A stretch of DNA of 64,000 nucleotides from a virus. Taxonomy: Duplodnaviria; Caudoviricetes. A program made the translations under genes and the position numbers. Shown here piece by piece: positions 27,387 through 36,469 of this stretch. The notes beneath the pieces were generated by a model, which had not been told where the DNA came from, did not search any database, and saw only the letters and a list, made by a program, of their open reading frames with translations. Numbering within the stretch: the stretch's first letter is position 1; the number at the start of each line of letters is the position of its first letter. The DNA is taken from positions 48,624 through 112,623 of IMG/VR virus record IMGVR_UViG_3300020576_006644; one strand, written 5' to 3'.

Positions 27387-28247
27387 ATGGGATACCTACA
27401 CATTGAAAACTTGTATAAGTCGCAGGACATCTTGCTCTTTCGGGAGTGCTACGCCCTGGAGAAAGTCCACGGCACGAGCGCTCACGTCAAGTGGAGCGAG
27501 GGCTGCGTCCTTAATTTCTTCTCGGGTGGTGAGTCGCACGAGAGGTTCAAGGCCCTCTTCGATCAGAATGATCTGACGAATCGCCTCCGGGCGCTCACGC
27601 ATCCAGACATCACCATCTTTGGTGAGGCATACGGCGGCAAGTGCCAGGGTATGTCCGCGACTTACGGTCCCGAGCTGCGCTTTATCGCCTTTGACGTGAA
27701 GGTTGGCGAGTATTGGCTATCGGTGCCCGATGCGGAGCAGGTCGCTACAGCTCTCGGGCTGGAGTTCGTCCCATACGTCCGCTTACCGACCGACCTCTCC
27801 AACCTAGATTGGTGTCGGGATGCCCCATCGATCCTGGCGGCGAATCGCGGATGTGGGTTAGATAAGAAGAAAGAGGGTGTCGTTCTCCGCCCGCTTGTTG
27901 AGCTGACCAAGAACAACGGCGACCGGATCATCGCCAAGCACAAGCGGGACGAGTTCCGTGAGCGCGCCACACCGCAAAAGGTCATCGACCCGGACAAGCT
28001 GAAGGTTCTCGCCGATGCGGACGCCATCGCCGCCGAGTGGGTGACGGAGATGCGGCTGGCGCACGTCATCGACAAGATCTGCCCCGTACCCGACATTGGA
28101 GCCACCCCCAAAGTAATCGCCGCGATGGTGGAGGACGTGGAGCGCGAGGCGGCGGGCGAGATCGTCGTCAGCAAGGAGGCCCGTGCCGCCATCGGCCGCC
28201 GCACGGCGCAGCTCTTTAAGGCGCGGATCGCCACCATCCTCCGCTAG
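27387..28247 (+). CDS. RNA ligase (Rnl2 family)
   Basis: EKVHGTS (motif I), FGEAYG, FIAFDV, EGVVLR, IAKHK. Confidence 0.88.
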   Translation: MGYLHIENLYKSQDILLFRECYALEKVHGTSAHVKWSEGCVLNFFSGGESHERFKALFDQNDLTNRLRALTHPDITIFGEAYGGKCQGMSATYGPELRFIAFDVKVGEYWLSVPDAEQVATALGLEFVPYVRLPTDLSNLDWCRDAPSILAANRGCGLDKKKEGVVLRPLVELTKNNGDRIIAKHKRDEFRERATPQKVIDPDKLKVLADADAIAAEWVTEMRLAHVIDKICPVPDIGATPKVIAAMVEDVEREAAGEIVVSKEARAAIGRRTAQLFKARIATILR

Positions 28248-28954
28248 TTCTCCCCCAGCGCCTCCTTCAGCGCCCACCGCAGTCCCGCCTCCAGCTTGAA
28301 CTTCCCTCGGGCCCCGGCCCGCTTGCAGGCTCGCGACAACAGCGCCTTCAGCTCCCGCTGCCCGGCCGCCGTCGAGCAGCTCACCTCCAGCAGCGGCGAC
28401 TGCTCGCTGCGCTCCGCCGGCGCGTCAGCGTCTCTCGAGCCGCTCCCGGCGTCCGGGTCCGGCAGGTCGGGCAGCTGCGCGCCGGCGCCGTCGGTTCCCG
28501 GCTCCACCCCGAGCAGCAGGTCCATGTCGGCGCGGTCCCAGCCGGCCGCGGCGTACAGGTCCTCGCGCGACCAACCCTCCCCGTGGAGGAACTTGAGGTC
28601 GGCGGCCACCACGTCCTGCCGCGGCTCCCCGCGCCAGCGGTTCAGCGCCAGCCGCAGCGCCCGGAGCTGTGCGTCGGTCATCGACTCGGGGTAAACGAGC
28701 GCCGGCAGCTCGACAAGGCCAGCCACCCGGGCAGCTCGGAGGCGGTGGTTGCCGTCGACGATGTCGTACTGCTTGCCGGGTAGGGCTCGGAGGGTGATCG
28801 CCTGAGCGAAGTCGAGCCGCCGCACCGCCTCACATAGACCGGCGAAGGATGCCTCATCCATCGAATTGGGATTTTCGTCCGTCGGTGTGTCTTGGCAATC
28901 AGCGACGGGGACTACGAGCTGGATGGGGCGGGGCGGGGCTTTCGAGGGGGACAT
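28244..28954 (-). CDS. ParB/Srx N-terminal domain protein
   Basis: NPN.M, IVDGNHRLRAA, LNRWRG. Confidence 0.8.
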   Translation of the reverse strand: MSPSKAPPRPIQLVVPVADCQDTPTDENPNSMDEASFAGLCEAVRRLDFAQAITLRALPGKQYDIVDGNHRLRAARVAGLVELPALVYPESMTDAQLRALRLALNRWRGEPRQDVVAADLKFLHGEGWSREDLYAAAGWDRADMDLLLGVEPGTDGAGAQLPDLPDPDAGSGSRDADAPAERSEQSPLLEVSCSTAAGQRELKALLSRACKRAGARGKFKLEAGLRWALKEALGEN

Positions 28955-29022
28955 GCGCCGCAGGGTAGCGCGGGCGGGCTATCCTCTCCAGAACAAACCC
29001 CCTAGAGGAGAGGCGCAAGCCC

Positions 29023-29433
29023 ATGTCGAACAAGACCGCGACGATGACCTTCCAGCTCACCTACGTCGGCCCCGACGGCGACCAGGTGGTGATGCCCCAG
29101 CGAGCCATCCAGTCGAGCTACCAGGCCCAGGAGCACGGCTCCATCGACATCCCCGACGCCACGGCTGCCGCCACCGTCTACAACGTCCCCTTCGGCGGGA
29201 TCACCGTGGACGCCGAGGCGGGCCTCATCGAGAACCGGACCGGGCAGCCGCTGGAGGTGAAGATCAACGGCGCCGCAGCGACCAGCCAGACCATTCCGAA
29301 CGGGGGCGTGTTCGCCTGGGCCAATCCCGTGGCGAGCGGCGGCACCCCGATCCTAGCTATCTCGCTCAAGACCACGGCGATGCAGGCCGGGGTCGGCTAC
29401 ATCAACTATCACCTGTTCGGGGACCCGACTTAA
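29023..29433 (+). CDS. Beta-rich hypothetical protein (possible virion component)
   Basis: RBS AGGAGAGG; T/G/A-rich composition. Confidence 0.65.
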   Translation: MSNKTATMTFQLTYVGPDGDQVVMPQRAIQSSYQAQEHGSIDIPDATAAATVYNVPFGGITVDAEAGLIENRTGQPLEVKINGAAATSQTIPNGGVFAWANPVASGGTPILAISLKTTAMQAGVGYINYHLFGDPT

Positions 29434-29654
29434 TCAGGGCGGCCCGCCGCACCCAGCGGTCCTTGGACTTGTGCCGCTGGCATTCGAGGCAGGGCGGGCA
29501 GCGGCGCTTCCCAGGAGCGGGAGGCGAGCCGCAGCCGGCCTCGACGCAGAGACCGGCTGCTACCCGGGCCGCGTAGGCAGAGGAGGCCCAGGCGGCGCGG
29601 CAGGCCTTCTTGTTCGGGTTGCGGGGGCGGGACACGGTGCCGATCGTAGACGAT

Positions 29655-30281
29655 CTAGTCCCAATAGGCAGAGGTGCTGCGCCAGTCGGGGTAGTGCTCC
29701 CCGAGCCACGCCTCACACTGCTTCTGCGCCACCTCCCGCTTGCTGGGCGTCTCCACGCCGGTTTCCTTGTCGCGGCAGCCGTAGCGGTCTGCGTCGGTCA
29801 GCATCTCGATCCGATCGCTGGTGAACACCACCTTGTCCCCGTCCTTGACGACGCACATGGCGATTTTCTCGTAGTCGGGGTGTCCGTAGCTGTCGGTGCT
29901 GAAGCGGGTGTCCATGTGCAAGCGCGCCCCGCGGTCGTAGAAGGCGGCCTTGTAGAAGATGCTGGCCCGCTTGCGGCCCTTGTCGTCCAGGAGGTTCGAC
30001 CACATGGAATGGTCCGTCCGCTTGATCGACCACCCGGCCGGCAGCTCGGCGCGCTGAAAGAGGTCGTCACCGTCGACCGGGCCGAGGCGCATGACACCGG
30101 CCTTTTCGAGCTCGTCCCACGGCGAGCGGGTGGGGAGCTGGGCGCTTCCGGTGGCTGCTGCAGCAGCCAGCTCGGCCTGCCCGCGCGCCTCCTGCGCTTC
30201 GATGGCGGCGGACGGGTGCTTACCCTCCATGTTAAAGAGCATGGCTTCGAGCAGGATGCTTTCGGGACTGGACTGGTTCAT
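29655..30281 (-). CDS. Conserved-looking phage hypothetical protein
   Basis: RBS AAGGAG; LPAGW..TDHSMWS.L.D..GR.RA.IFYKAAFYDR. Confidence 0.7.
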   Translation of the reverse strand: MNQSSPESILLEAMLFNMEGKHPSAAIEAQEARGQAELAAAAATGSAQLPTRSPWDELEKAGVMRLGPVDGDDLFQRAELPAGWSIKRTDHSMWSNLLDDKGRKRASIFYKAAFYDRGARLHMDTRFSTDSYGHPDYEKIAMCVVKDGDKVVFTSDRIEMLTDADRYGCRDKETGVETPSKREVAQKQCEAWLGEHYPDWRSTSAYWD

Positions 30282-30345
30282 GGGGGCGATCTCCTTGTTT
30301 GGTGAGCAAGGAGATCGTGTAGGAGGGTGGGGTCGGCTGTCCAGA

Positions 30346-30361
30346 CTGGACGTTTGGTCAG
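30346..30361 (-). promoter_or_regulatory. LexA-box-like operator
   Basis: CTGGAC-GTTT-GGTCAG, the reverse complement of the 16184 site. Confidence 0.65.
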
Positions 30362-30874
30362 CTAGACCGGGCCGGCGGCGGCGAGCTTCTGCTCGATGTC
30401 GTCCTGCGCCTGCTTGGCCTTCTGCGGGTCGCTGGTCAGCATGCGCGAGGTGGCGACGGCGACCTGCCCGGTGGGGAGCTTGACCTTGACCCACCCGCCG
30501 GTGACGCCGAGCACCTCGCCCTGGGCCTGGGCGACCTTGGGCCCGTGCAGCACCGAGGCGCGCTCGTACTCGCTGCCGACGAGGAAGACTTTCGCTCCCT
30601 TGTCGAGGACCGGGCCGATCCCGCGCCCGCGGCGGGGGCTCTGCAGCGAGTCGATGCCTGAGTGGCTGCGATAGGGGGCCTTCCACTGCTGGAGCAGCTT
30701 GTCGGCCGCCTGGTGCAGAGCGGCAAAGCCCTTGTCTTTGGTCTCGGCGGCGGCGTGGGCGAGCAGGCTCGCGAGCCCGGCGGTGTGGAGGTCCATGCGC
30801 TCGCGGAAGCGCTCCGGGTAGGGGCGGGTGATCTTCTTGGCGGGCGCGGGGGTGGTGGTGGGGATGCGGGCCAT
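30362..30874 (-). CDS. Hypothetical protein
   Basis: RBS GAGGT; GC3 bias. Confidence 0.6.
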   Translation of the reverse strand: MARIPTTTPAPAKKITRPYPERFRERMDLHTAGLASLLAHAAAETKDKGFAALHQAADKLLQQWKAPYRSHSGIDSLQSPRRGRGIGPVLDKGAKVFLVGSEYERASVLHGPKVAQAQGEVLGVTGGWVKVKLPTGQVAVATSRMLTSDPQKAKQAQDDIEQKLAAAGPV

Positions 30875-30972
30875 GTGAAACCTCTTATTTACGTTGTTTT
30901 GAGCTGCGAAAGTGCGGCTCTCGTGTGTGGGGGAAGTTAGACCTTGCGGTTTGCGGTGGCAAGGGCAAACCA

Positions 30973-30988
30973 CTGAACGAACGTCAGG
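30973..30988 (+). promoter_or_regulatory. LexA-box-like operator
   Basis: CTGAAC-GAAC-GTCAGG, before TTTACT. Confidence 0.5.
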
Positions 30989-31027
30989 TATTTACTTTGG
31001 GTGGCTGGTGGTGTTTGAGTCTTAGCC

Positions 31028-31210
31028 ATGGACAAAGACATAAAAGCCGCCGTTGACTACGTGATGAACCTTGTTGGCGACAAGAGCATCCCGCTGGACG
31101 CGCTTCGGATGATGATCGAGGATCGCATTCGTATGGCATGCGCCGACACCCTCCGCTGGCAGGCCGGTATGCTTCAGACTGCGGCTGGTAATTTGACGGC
31201 CCGTAAATGA
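31028..31210 (+). CDS. Hypothetical protein
   Basis: ORF after promoter. Confidence 0.5.
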   Translation: MDKDIKAAVDYVMNLVGDKSIPLDALRMMIEDRIRMACADTLRWQAGMLQTAAGNLTARK

Positions 31211-31512
31211 CAGGTGTTTGGCAGTGGCTGACCACTGCGCCTAATCCAAGATCACCTCGTACCGGGTACGACGCTGGCCAGCGTAGTTGGCGCCTGCACG
31301 CTGTTGATGCCCTGGACACGGAGAAGTTTGCCGAGATCAGGGATCGGAAATCGGCTTGCGGTATCACTCCGTCTCATGGGTGGTCGCTTGACTTATTTAT
31401 CGAGGATAAGTGTGAGCGCTGTCTTAAAAAGGTGGACCCGCGTGCTTATGCAGATGTGTTGATGGTCCAGAGACGGCGTGCAAAGCAACCCGGTTGGCTG
31501 AAACCGGCATAA
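31207..31512 (+). CDS. Hypothetical protein (Zn-binding-like)
   Basis: H...CG...CERC; ATGA-coupled. Confidence 0.55.
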   Translation: MTGVWQWLTTAPNPRSPRTGYDAGQRSWRLHAVDALDTEKFAEIRDRKSACGITPSHGWSLDLFIEDKCERCLKKVDPRAYADVLMVQRRRAKQPGWLKPA

Positions 31513-31684
31513 AGGGTGACAAATGGCCGACTATCCAGTGATCCACTCGCGGGAGCGGGTGACTAACCAAGCCGAGTGTGACCTGCGGGACGCGGTCCAC
31601 GCGGTCGTCTTCGACAAGGCGCGGGATCTCACGTTCGGGGCGCTGGGCAAGGTTCGCAAGACGTTTGGGCTGAAAGGGTAAATC

Positions 31685-31960
31685 ATGGCTATTCGCTCTC
31701 CGATGGTTGATGTTCCAGGTCCTAAAGTGATGCACCCGCAGGTGTTTGCCCTGACTCGCAAGGCGGACGAGACGGGTGTGAGCGGGACCGGGATCGTCCT
31801 TGATGGGATCGTGTTCCCGTCCGGTGACTGCGTGGTCCGCTGGCGCGGCGCCACCCCGTGCATCCAGGTATGGCCCTCTTTCGAGGCGTTCAAGCGCGTT
31901 CACATCGATCCGCACCCGGACAACAAGACCGAGGTGGAGTGGTATCACGTCCAAAAGTAG
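31685..31960 (+). CDS. Phage hypothetical protein
   Basis: F.L.R..DETGVSGTG.V..G..F..G....W pattern. Confidence 0.65.
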   Translation: MAIRSPMVDVPGPKVMHPQVFALTRKADETGVSGTGIVLDGIVFPSGDCVVRWRGATPCIQVWPSFEAFKRVHIDPHPDNKTEVEWYHVQK

Positions 31961-32026
31961 CGTGCGGGCGCTTCCTTTTAGGAAGCAGTAACCGCTAGGT
32001 ATGGAACTGATGAGGAAAAAAATTGT

Positions 32027-32353
32027 ATGCGTTATTACGTGTACGTTCTTAAAGATCCCCGTTTTATTGGGATCGAGGCTATCAGGTACGTTGGTTCAAC
32101 AACTGTCAGTAAATTCAAAAGACGGTTGGAAGGGCACGTCTCTGGAGCAAGAACAAATTCAGGTGCTAGGCGAGATCCCTGGATAAGGGAACTTCTAGCG
32201 TGTGGGTTGAAGCCGACCATACATGAAGTTGGGCAGGCCGCTGACAAGCAGCACATGCAACGCATGGAACGTCAAGTCGTTCATGCTTATTTATCGGCCG
32301 GTTGTGACTTGCTCAATGTTTCGCTGATGAAATACCCACCTAAGGAAGACTGA
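32027..32353 (+). CDS. GIY-YIG-like nuclease
   Basis: YVYVLKDPR...RYVGST...RR..H...E...LLN; AT-richer DNA. Confidence 0.7.
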   Translation: MRYYVYVLKDPRFIGIEAIRYVGSTTVSKFKRRLEGHVSGARTNSGARRDPWIRELLACGLKPTIHEVGQAADKQHMQRMERQVVHAYLSAGCDLLNVSLMKYPPKED

Positions 32354-32355
32354 TC

Positions 32356-32571
32356 ATGCGCATCCGAGTCCTCAAGGCCCAGGTCGGGCTGACCATCAAC
32401 ACCGGCAACTTCAACAGCACCCGCATCGACCTCGGTGCCGAGGCTGACGTGGACCACCTCACCCTGGAGCAGTCGGCGTCGCCGCACGCCCAGCTCACCG
32501 AGGCGCTCAAGCAGCGCATGGTGGTGCAGGTCCCGTCGCTGAAGACCATCTCCAAGCAGGCTGGAGGCTGA
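32356..32571 (+). CDS. Hypothetical protein
   Basis: TINTGNFNS.RID pattern. Confidence 0.6.
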   Translation: MRIRVLKAQVGLTINTGNFNSTRIDLGAEADVDHLTLEQSASPHAQLTEALKQRMVVQVPSLKTISKQAGG

Positions 32572-32573
32572 CC

Positions 32574-32873
32574 ATGTCCGACGAGACCCGTAAGAAGCTG
32601 GCCGAGCAGTTCATGAACGCCGGCAAGACCGAGGAGCAGCTACGGAGGGACAGGAGCGCTTCGTTCTTCGAGGAGCTTCTCCGGGGCACCAAGGCGGCCG
32701 ATCCGTTTTACGGCATGCCGTTTCCGTCGGTGAGTCAGCCTGAGCCAAAGAAGCCGCCCGGCGATATCGTCGTCTGCAAGGGCTGCGGGCAGAAGAACCG
32801 GGTCAACTGTACCGTCGGTGAGCTGCTCCGCGGGAAGAAGCCCGTCTGCGGGAAGTGCAAGGGGGAGCTGTGA
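32574..32873 (+). CDS. Zn-ribbon protein
   Basis: CKGCGQKNRV...CGKCK. Confidence 0.65.
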   Translation: MSDETRKKLAEQFMNAGKTEEQLRRDRSASFFEELLRGTKAADPFYGMPFPSVSQPEPKKPPGDIVVCKGCGQKNRVNCTVGELLRGKKPVCGKCKGEL

Positions 32874-33076
32874 GCGGCCACGGCACCCGCTACCGAGGGA
32901 AGCGCTGCGGCAAGCAGTCGCTGTACTTCCCCGAGGAGATGCTCGCCGAGCTGCAGGCCGAGGCCCAGCGCCTCGACAGGTCGGTAGCGTGGCTCGTCGA
33001 GAGGGCCTGGAAGATAGCCAAGCGGCAGGTGATGTCCCTGTCGACGGAGAAGGAGGTAGAGGATGGACCCGGATAA
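32870..33076 (+). CDS. CdbA/CdbB-like (MXAN_4361/4362 family) ribbon-helix-helix protein
   Basis: KQSLYFPEEML.E.Q.EA.R.DRS..W.V..AWKIA, close to the recalled M. xanthus CdbA sequence. Confidence 0.85.
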   Translation: MSGHGTRYRGKRCGKQSLYFPEEMLAELQAEAQRLDRSVAWLVERAWKIAKRQVMSLSTEKEVEDGPG

Positions 33077-33569
33077 GCTGAGGAAAGCGGCGCTCGATTT
33101 AGGAGCCAGCGACGGAAGGCTCCTTCTGCAGATGGGCATTTATGGCGCGGTGCAGGTGGCGAAGGAGGCGCTTGGGCGGCTAGCGAACATCGAAGAGGTT
33201 CGGTTGCCATCCTACTTCGCTACCGTCGATGACATCCATGAGCGGGACCGCCACATGAGCGGCGTACCGAGTCAGATGGGGCGAGAGACGGCGGAGAAGT
33301 TGATCCGCGCACACAAGCACCGCGGGGAGTTGCTTGACGGTATCAAGGCGTGGGTAGCCGATATGGAAGTGGCTCGCGCCGAAGGTGCCCAGGAGCTGGC
33401 AACGGCGCTGGCGAAGATCAGGCAGCTGGAGGTGGGTATCGCCGCCTACCGGAAGCGCAGCGCCGAGATCAACAAGCTGCTCTCCCGTCAGGACCGCGAC
33501 CTCGACGACGCTGACGCTTGGGAGGCCAGCCTCATCGACGTGGACGGTAAGCCGCCGCAGAACTCCTAG
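33063..33569 (+). CDS. Hypothetical coiled-coil protein
   Basis: RBS AAGGAGGT. Confidence 0.55.
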   Translation: MDPDKLRKAALDLGASDGRLLLQMGIYGAVQVAKEALGRLANIEEVRLPSYFATVDDIHERDRHMSGVPSQMGRETAEKLIRAHKHRGELLDGIKAWVADMEVARAEGAQELATALAKIRQLEVGIAAYRKRSAEINKLLSRQDRDLDDADAWEASLIDVDGKPPQNS

Positions 33570-33604
33570 ACGCCGCCTACCCCGCGGCGCTACGCTCCGC
33601 GGCC

Positions 33605-34474
33605 ATGCCGCCGAGAAAGACCGCCGACAAGCCCGCCACCGAAGCCGTCCCCGTCGCTGCATCCACCGAGAGCAAGGAGCCGAAGAAGGCCCGGCTCCAG
33701 CGCCCCCCGCCCCCCGCCGTCGCCGACCTGCCGACAGCTGCGGCACCGCTCACTCGCTACGAGGCGTTCACCCCAGCTCGCGTGGACCGGGCCAGTGTGA
33801 AGGATGCCCCCTACAACCCGCGCATCATCGACCGGGCCGCCCGCGACCGGCTAGAGGAGAGCCTGAAGAAGGGGCTCTGGCAGCCGATCGTGTGGAACAA
33901 GCGGACGGGGAACCTCGTCGGTGGTCACCAGCGACTGAGCGTGCTCGACGACCTGCACGGGGGCAAGCCCTACTCCATCACGGCGGCGGTGATTGATGTG
34001 GACAGCGCCGAGGAGAAGCGCATCAACATCGAGCTCAACAGCCGCGACCTCATGGGGGACTACGACTGGGCCCGCGTCGAGGACATGATGCGGGAGCGGG
34101 CCGCCGAGATGCCCGGCGCCGACCTGGAGCGAGACTTCGGCCTCTCGTGGGCGACGCTGGAGCAGGCAAATGTCAGCCCCGAGCTGTACCTGCCTCCCGA
34201 GGACAGCGCCGAGGTGGTGGAGGTGCTGGAGGACGAGGAGAAGATCAAGGCCCTCAAGGACGTGAAGGCCGACCACAAGAAGAAGGCGCGCCTGAAAGCC
34301 GAGCGAGAGATCCTGCGGCAGATCGCTTTTGTATTGCCGGACACAAAGGGGATGGTGGAGGTGCGGCGGCAGATCATGGGCAAGCTGGGGATGCCGCTCG
34401 ACCACGGGGAGCCGTTTGTCGACGCCTGGCGCCTTTTGCGAGCGCTCGGCATCGAGGTGGCGGACGAGGAGTAG
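33605..34474 (+). CDS. ParB-like nuclease domain protein
   Basis: PYNPR, IVWNKRTGNLVGGHQRL, EEK..NI.LN. Confidence 0.85.
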   Translation: MPPRKTADKPATEAVPVAASTESKEPKKARLQRPPPPAVADLPTAAAPLTRYEAFTPARVDRASVKDAPYNPRIIDRAARDRLEESLKKGLWQPIVWNKRTGNLVGGHQRLSVLDDLHGGKPYSITAAVIDVDSAEEKRINIELNSRDLMGDYDWARVEDMMRERAAEMPGADLERDFGLSWATLEQANVSPELYLPPEDSAEVVEVLEDEEKIKALKDVKADHKKKARLKAEREILRQIAFVLPDTKGMVEVRRQIMGKLGMPLDHGEPFVDAWRLLRALGIEVADEE

Positions 34475-34556
34475 GCGCGGCGGGCAGCGCGGGGGTATCT
34501 TGAATCAGAACCTCGTATCAACCCATCGCCGCCTCGGGCGGCAAGGAGCAAGGAAC

Positions 34557-34760
34557 ATGGCAGAGTCTGGTGTTGCCGCTGCGGCGGCTCGTCGGGGAAC
34601 CCCCAAGGCGGTGGCCGGTCGTCTTCAGCGCGTGCAGGAGGCCCTGGGCCGCGCCGCCGGTCGCGCCGTCTCGGCTGGCCGCCGGGGCGCGGGTCGCCTG
34701 AAGCAGGTCATCGGCCGCTTCGGCAAGGCCCAGGGAGCCGCCGAGCGCTCCATCCGCTAA
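34557..34760 (+). CDS. Small Ala/Arg/Gly-rich basic protein
   Basis: RBS AAGGAG; between the ParB and PAPS-reductase-like genes. Confidence 0.65.
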   Translation: MAESGVAAAAARRGTPKAVAGRLQRVQEALGRAAGRAVSAGRRGAGRLKQVIGRFGKAQGAAERSIR

Positions 34761-34799
34761 CCCGTTGACCGGCGCGGCCCCGAGGCTGCATCCTGAGGC

Positions 34800-35672
34800 A
34801 TGACCTCGACCGCCCGGCTTCCCTCCCCCGCGACGCGCGCCCTGGCCCTGCTGGAGCGCGCGTTTCGCATTTCCCCCTACTTCCTCATCATGGCCAGCGG
34901 CGGGAAGGACAGCAACGTCCTCTTCCCCCTCATGCAGAAGCTGCAAGCCAAGCACCCGTCGGTGAGGCTCGGCGCCTGCCACTGGTACCTCCCGGTGCCG
35001 GGCCTTGACTGCGTGGAGCGGCCCATCCACGTCCTTCGTCGGCGGTTCAAGGACTGCCCCATCTTCTACGTCCCCCACTACACGCTCCCCGACCACCTGT
35101 GGCTCGGGGACATGCGGCCGAGGACCCGGGAGACGGGCCCCAGGGCCAAGACGCTCAAGGCCACCGAGTGCGAGGACGCTGCCAGGCTCTACTACGCCGC
35201 GCACCTGTCGGGGCTACCCGAGGAGGCCGTGAGCGCGGCTGCCAACAGCTCGCTCGATGCCACCGACGAGGACGGCAAGCGCCCGAGGGTCCATATCGAG
35301 GGGCTGTCCGTCGACCCGTGGCAGGACATCTGGGTGCTCGGCGGGCAGCGCAGCCGCGACTCGCTTGAGCGGCGGGCGATGATCAGCGGCTTCCGCAAGC
35401 AGAAGGACGCCTCGGGCATCGCCACCGGCGGCGCTGTGGGGCTCAACGTCAAGGAGCGTCGCGTCTACCCGGTCCACGACTGGACGGCGCAGGACGTGCT
35501 CAGCTACTGCTCAGCGACGGGGGTTCTTCCCGCCGCGCCGCTCGGGGGGCTCAACACGACGAACCTCGATCCGAGCAACCCTAAGGTGATGGCCGTCGTC
35601 CGCGATCGCTACCCCCGGGACTACGAGAAGGTGCTGGCTGTCTTCCCCGGGGCTAGGGCTGAGGGTGACTAG
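34800..35672 (+). CDS. PAPS-reductase/PP-loop family protein
   Basis: SGGKDS, G.R..DS..RR, YPV.DWT..DV. Confidence 0.82.
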   Translation: MTSTARLPSPATRALALLERAFRISPYFLIMASGGKDSNVLFPLMQKLQAKHPSVRLGACHWYLPVPGLDCVERPIHVLRRRFKDCPIFYVPHYTLPDHLWLGDMRPRTRETGPRAKTLKATECEDAARLYYAAHLSGLPEEAVSAAANSSLDATDEDGKRPRVHIEGLSVDPWQDIWVLGGQRSRDSLERRAMISGFRKQKDASGIATGGAVGLNVKERRVYPVHDWTAQDVLSYCSATGVLPAAPLGGLNTTNLDPSNPKVMAVVRDRYPRDYEKVLAVFPGARAEGD

Positions 35673-35872
35673 GGCGCGCACTCGTGCTTGGCGAGGCTCG
35701 TGCCCGTCAGGTAGATCTCCGTGCAGGCGCCGCACAAGACCCCGTTACCCATGTACTTGGGCGACGGTGTCTTCCCGCCCAAGTTCGCCTTCGCGGCGGT
35801 GATCTCATCGGGGGTCAGCTTGGCTGCGCGGTGCAGTTCGTTGAGGCGATATTCGTATGCGGATTGGGGCAT
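35669..35872 (-). CDS. Small Zn-finger-like protein
   Basis: CGAC...H.C; divergent from the 35910 operator. Confidence 0.5.
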   Translation of the reverse strand: MPQSAYEYRLNELHRAAKLTPDEITAAKANLGGKTPSPKYMGNGVLCGACTEIYLTGTSLAKHECAP

Positions 35873-35903
35873 GCATCTATAAAACAGGTTCAGCGACGGC
35901 AAC

Positions 35904-35933
35904 GCAATCCTAGACGTTCGTTCAGGGTTGACA
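35904..35933. promoter_or_regulatory. LexA-box-like operator flanked by divergent -35 elements
   Basis: GCAATC-CTAGAC-GTTC-GTTCAG-GG-TTGACA. Confidence 0.75.
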
Positions 35934-35965
35934 GGATGACGTTCGGTGTGGCCTATTCGAGCGAC

Positions 35966-36295
35966 ATGAGCCGGGAGCTGACCGTAGAGCGGGATGAAAA
36001 TGCGTGGTCTGAGTCCATGCCTCCGCCGACGGGGCTCACCCGCGATCAGCGTCGGGAGCTGAGAGAGGCGCAGGAACTACTGCGCAGGCAGGGGGAAGCG
36101 CTCGCCTCCGGCCGCAAGGCGAAGCGTCCTCGCCCGTTCACCTATACGTGGTCCGACCTGGAGGCGGCTTTCGGGCGCAGCAAGCGGCAGCTCCAGCGCT
36201 GGGTGGCCCGCGGCGACTTTGACCCGGCAGACTTCGCATCGGTGGCGAAGCTGCTGCGAGAGCGAGAAGCAAGTAAACAAGAAAGGAAAGAGTAA
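35966..36295 (+). CDS. Putative winged-HTH protein
   Basis: YTWSDLEAAFGRSKRQLQRWVARG. Confidence 0.6.
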   Translation: MSRELTVERDENAWSESMPPPTGLTRDQRRELREAQELLRRQGEALASGRKAKRPRPFTYTWSDLEAAFGRSKRQLQRWVARGDFDPADFASVAKLLREREASKQERKE

Positions 36296-36301
36296 CTACC
36301 C

Positions 36302-36412
36302 ATGAGGATTATCATCTTTGCGTTATTGTGCGTAACTGCGTTGGCGGCCTGTGGACCGGCTCCTCGAATGCGTTATCACCGCAGCATCGGCCCCGTTCAG
36401 CCAGAAGATTAA
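36302..36412 (+). CDS. Very small lipoprotein
   Basis: MRIIIFALLCVTALAAC lipobox (manual translation). Confidence 0.45.
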   Translation: MRIIIFALLCVTALAACGPAPRMRYHRSIGPVQPED

Positions 36413-36415
36413 TCG

Positions 36416-36437
36416 CTGCGCGCACGTTCAGGATTGC
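36416..36437 (+). promoter_or_regulatory. LexA-box-like operator fused to -35
   Basis: CTGCGC-GCAC-GTTCAG-GATTGC. Confidence 0.65.
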
Positions 36438-36469
36438 CTACCGACACGATCTAGGGTTTACGTGTTTCT

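Noticed and set aside
32027-32353. Intron-encoded homing endonuclease
   Set aside because: The ORF is free-standing between intact small genes, with no interrupted host gene or intron core seen
34800-35672. Dnd phosphorothioation (DndC) or true CysH sulfate assimilation
   Set aside because: No dndA/B/D/E or cys genes in the window, and no C-terminal ECGLH motif
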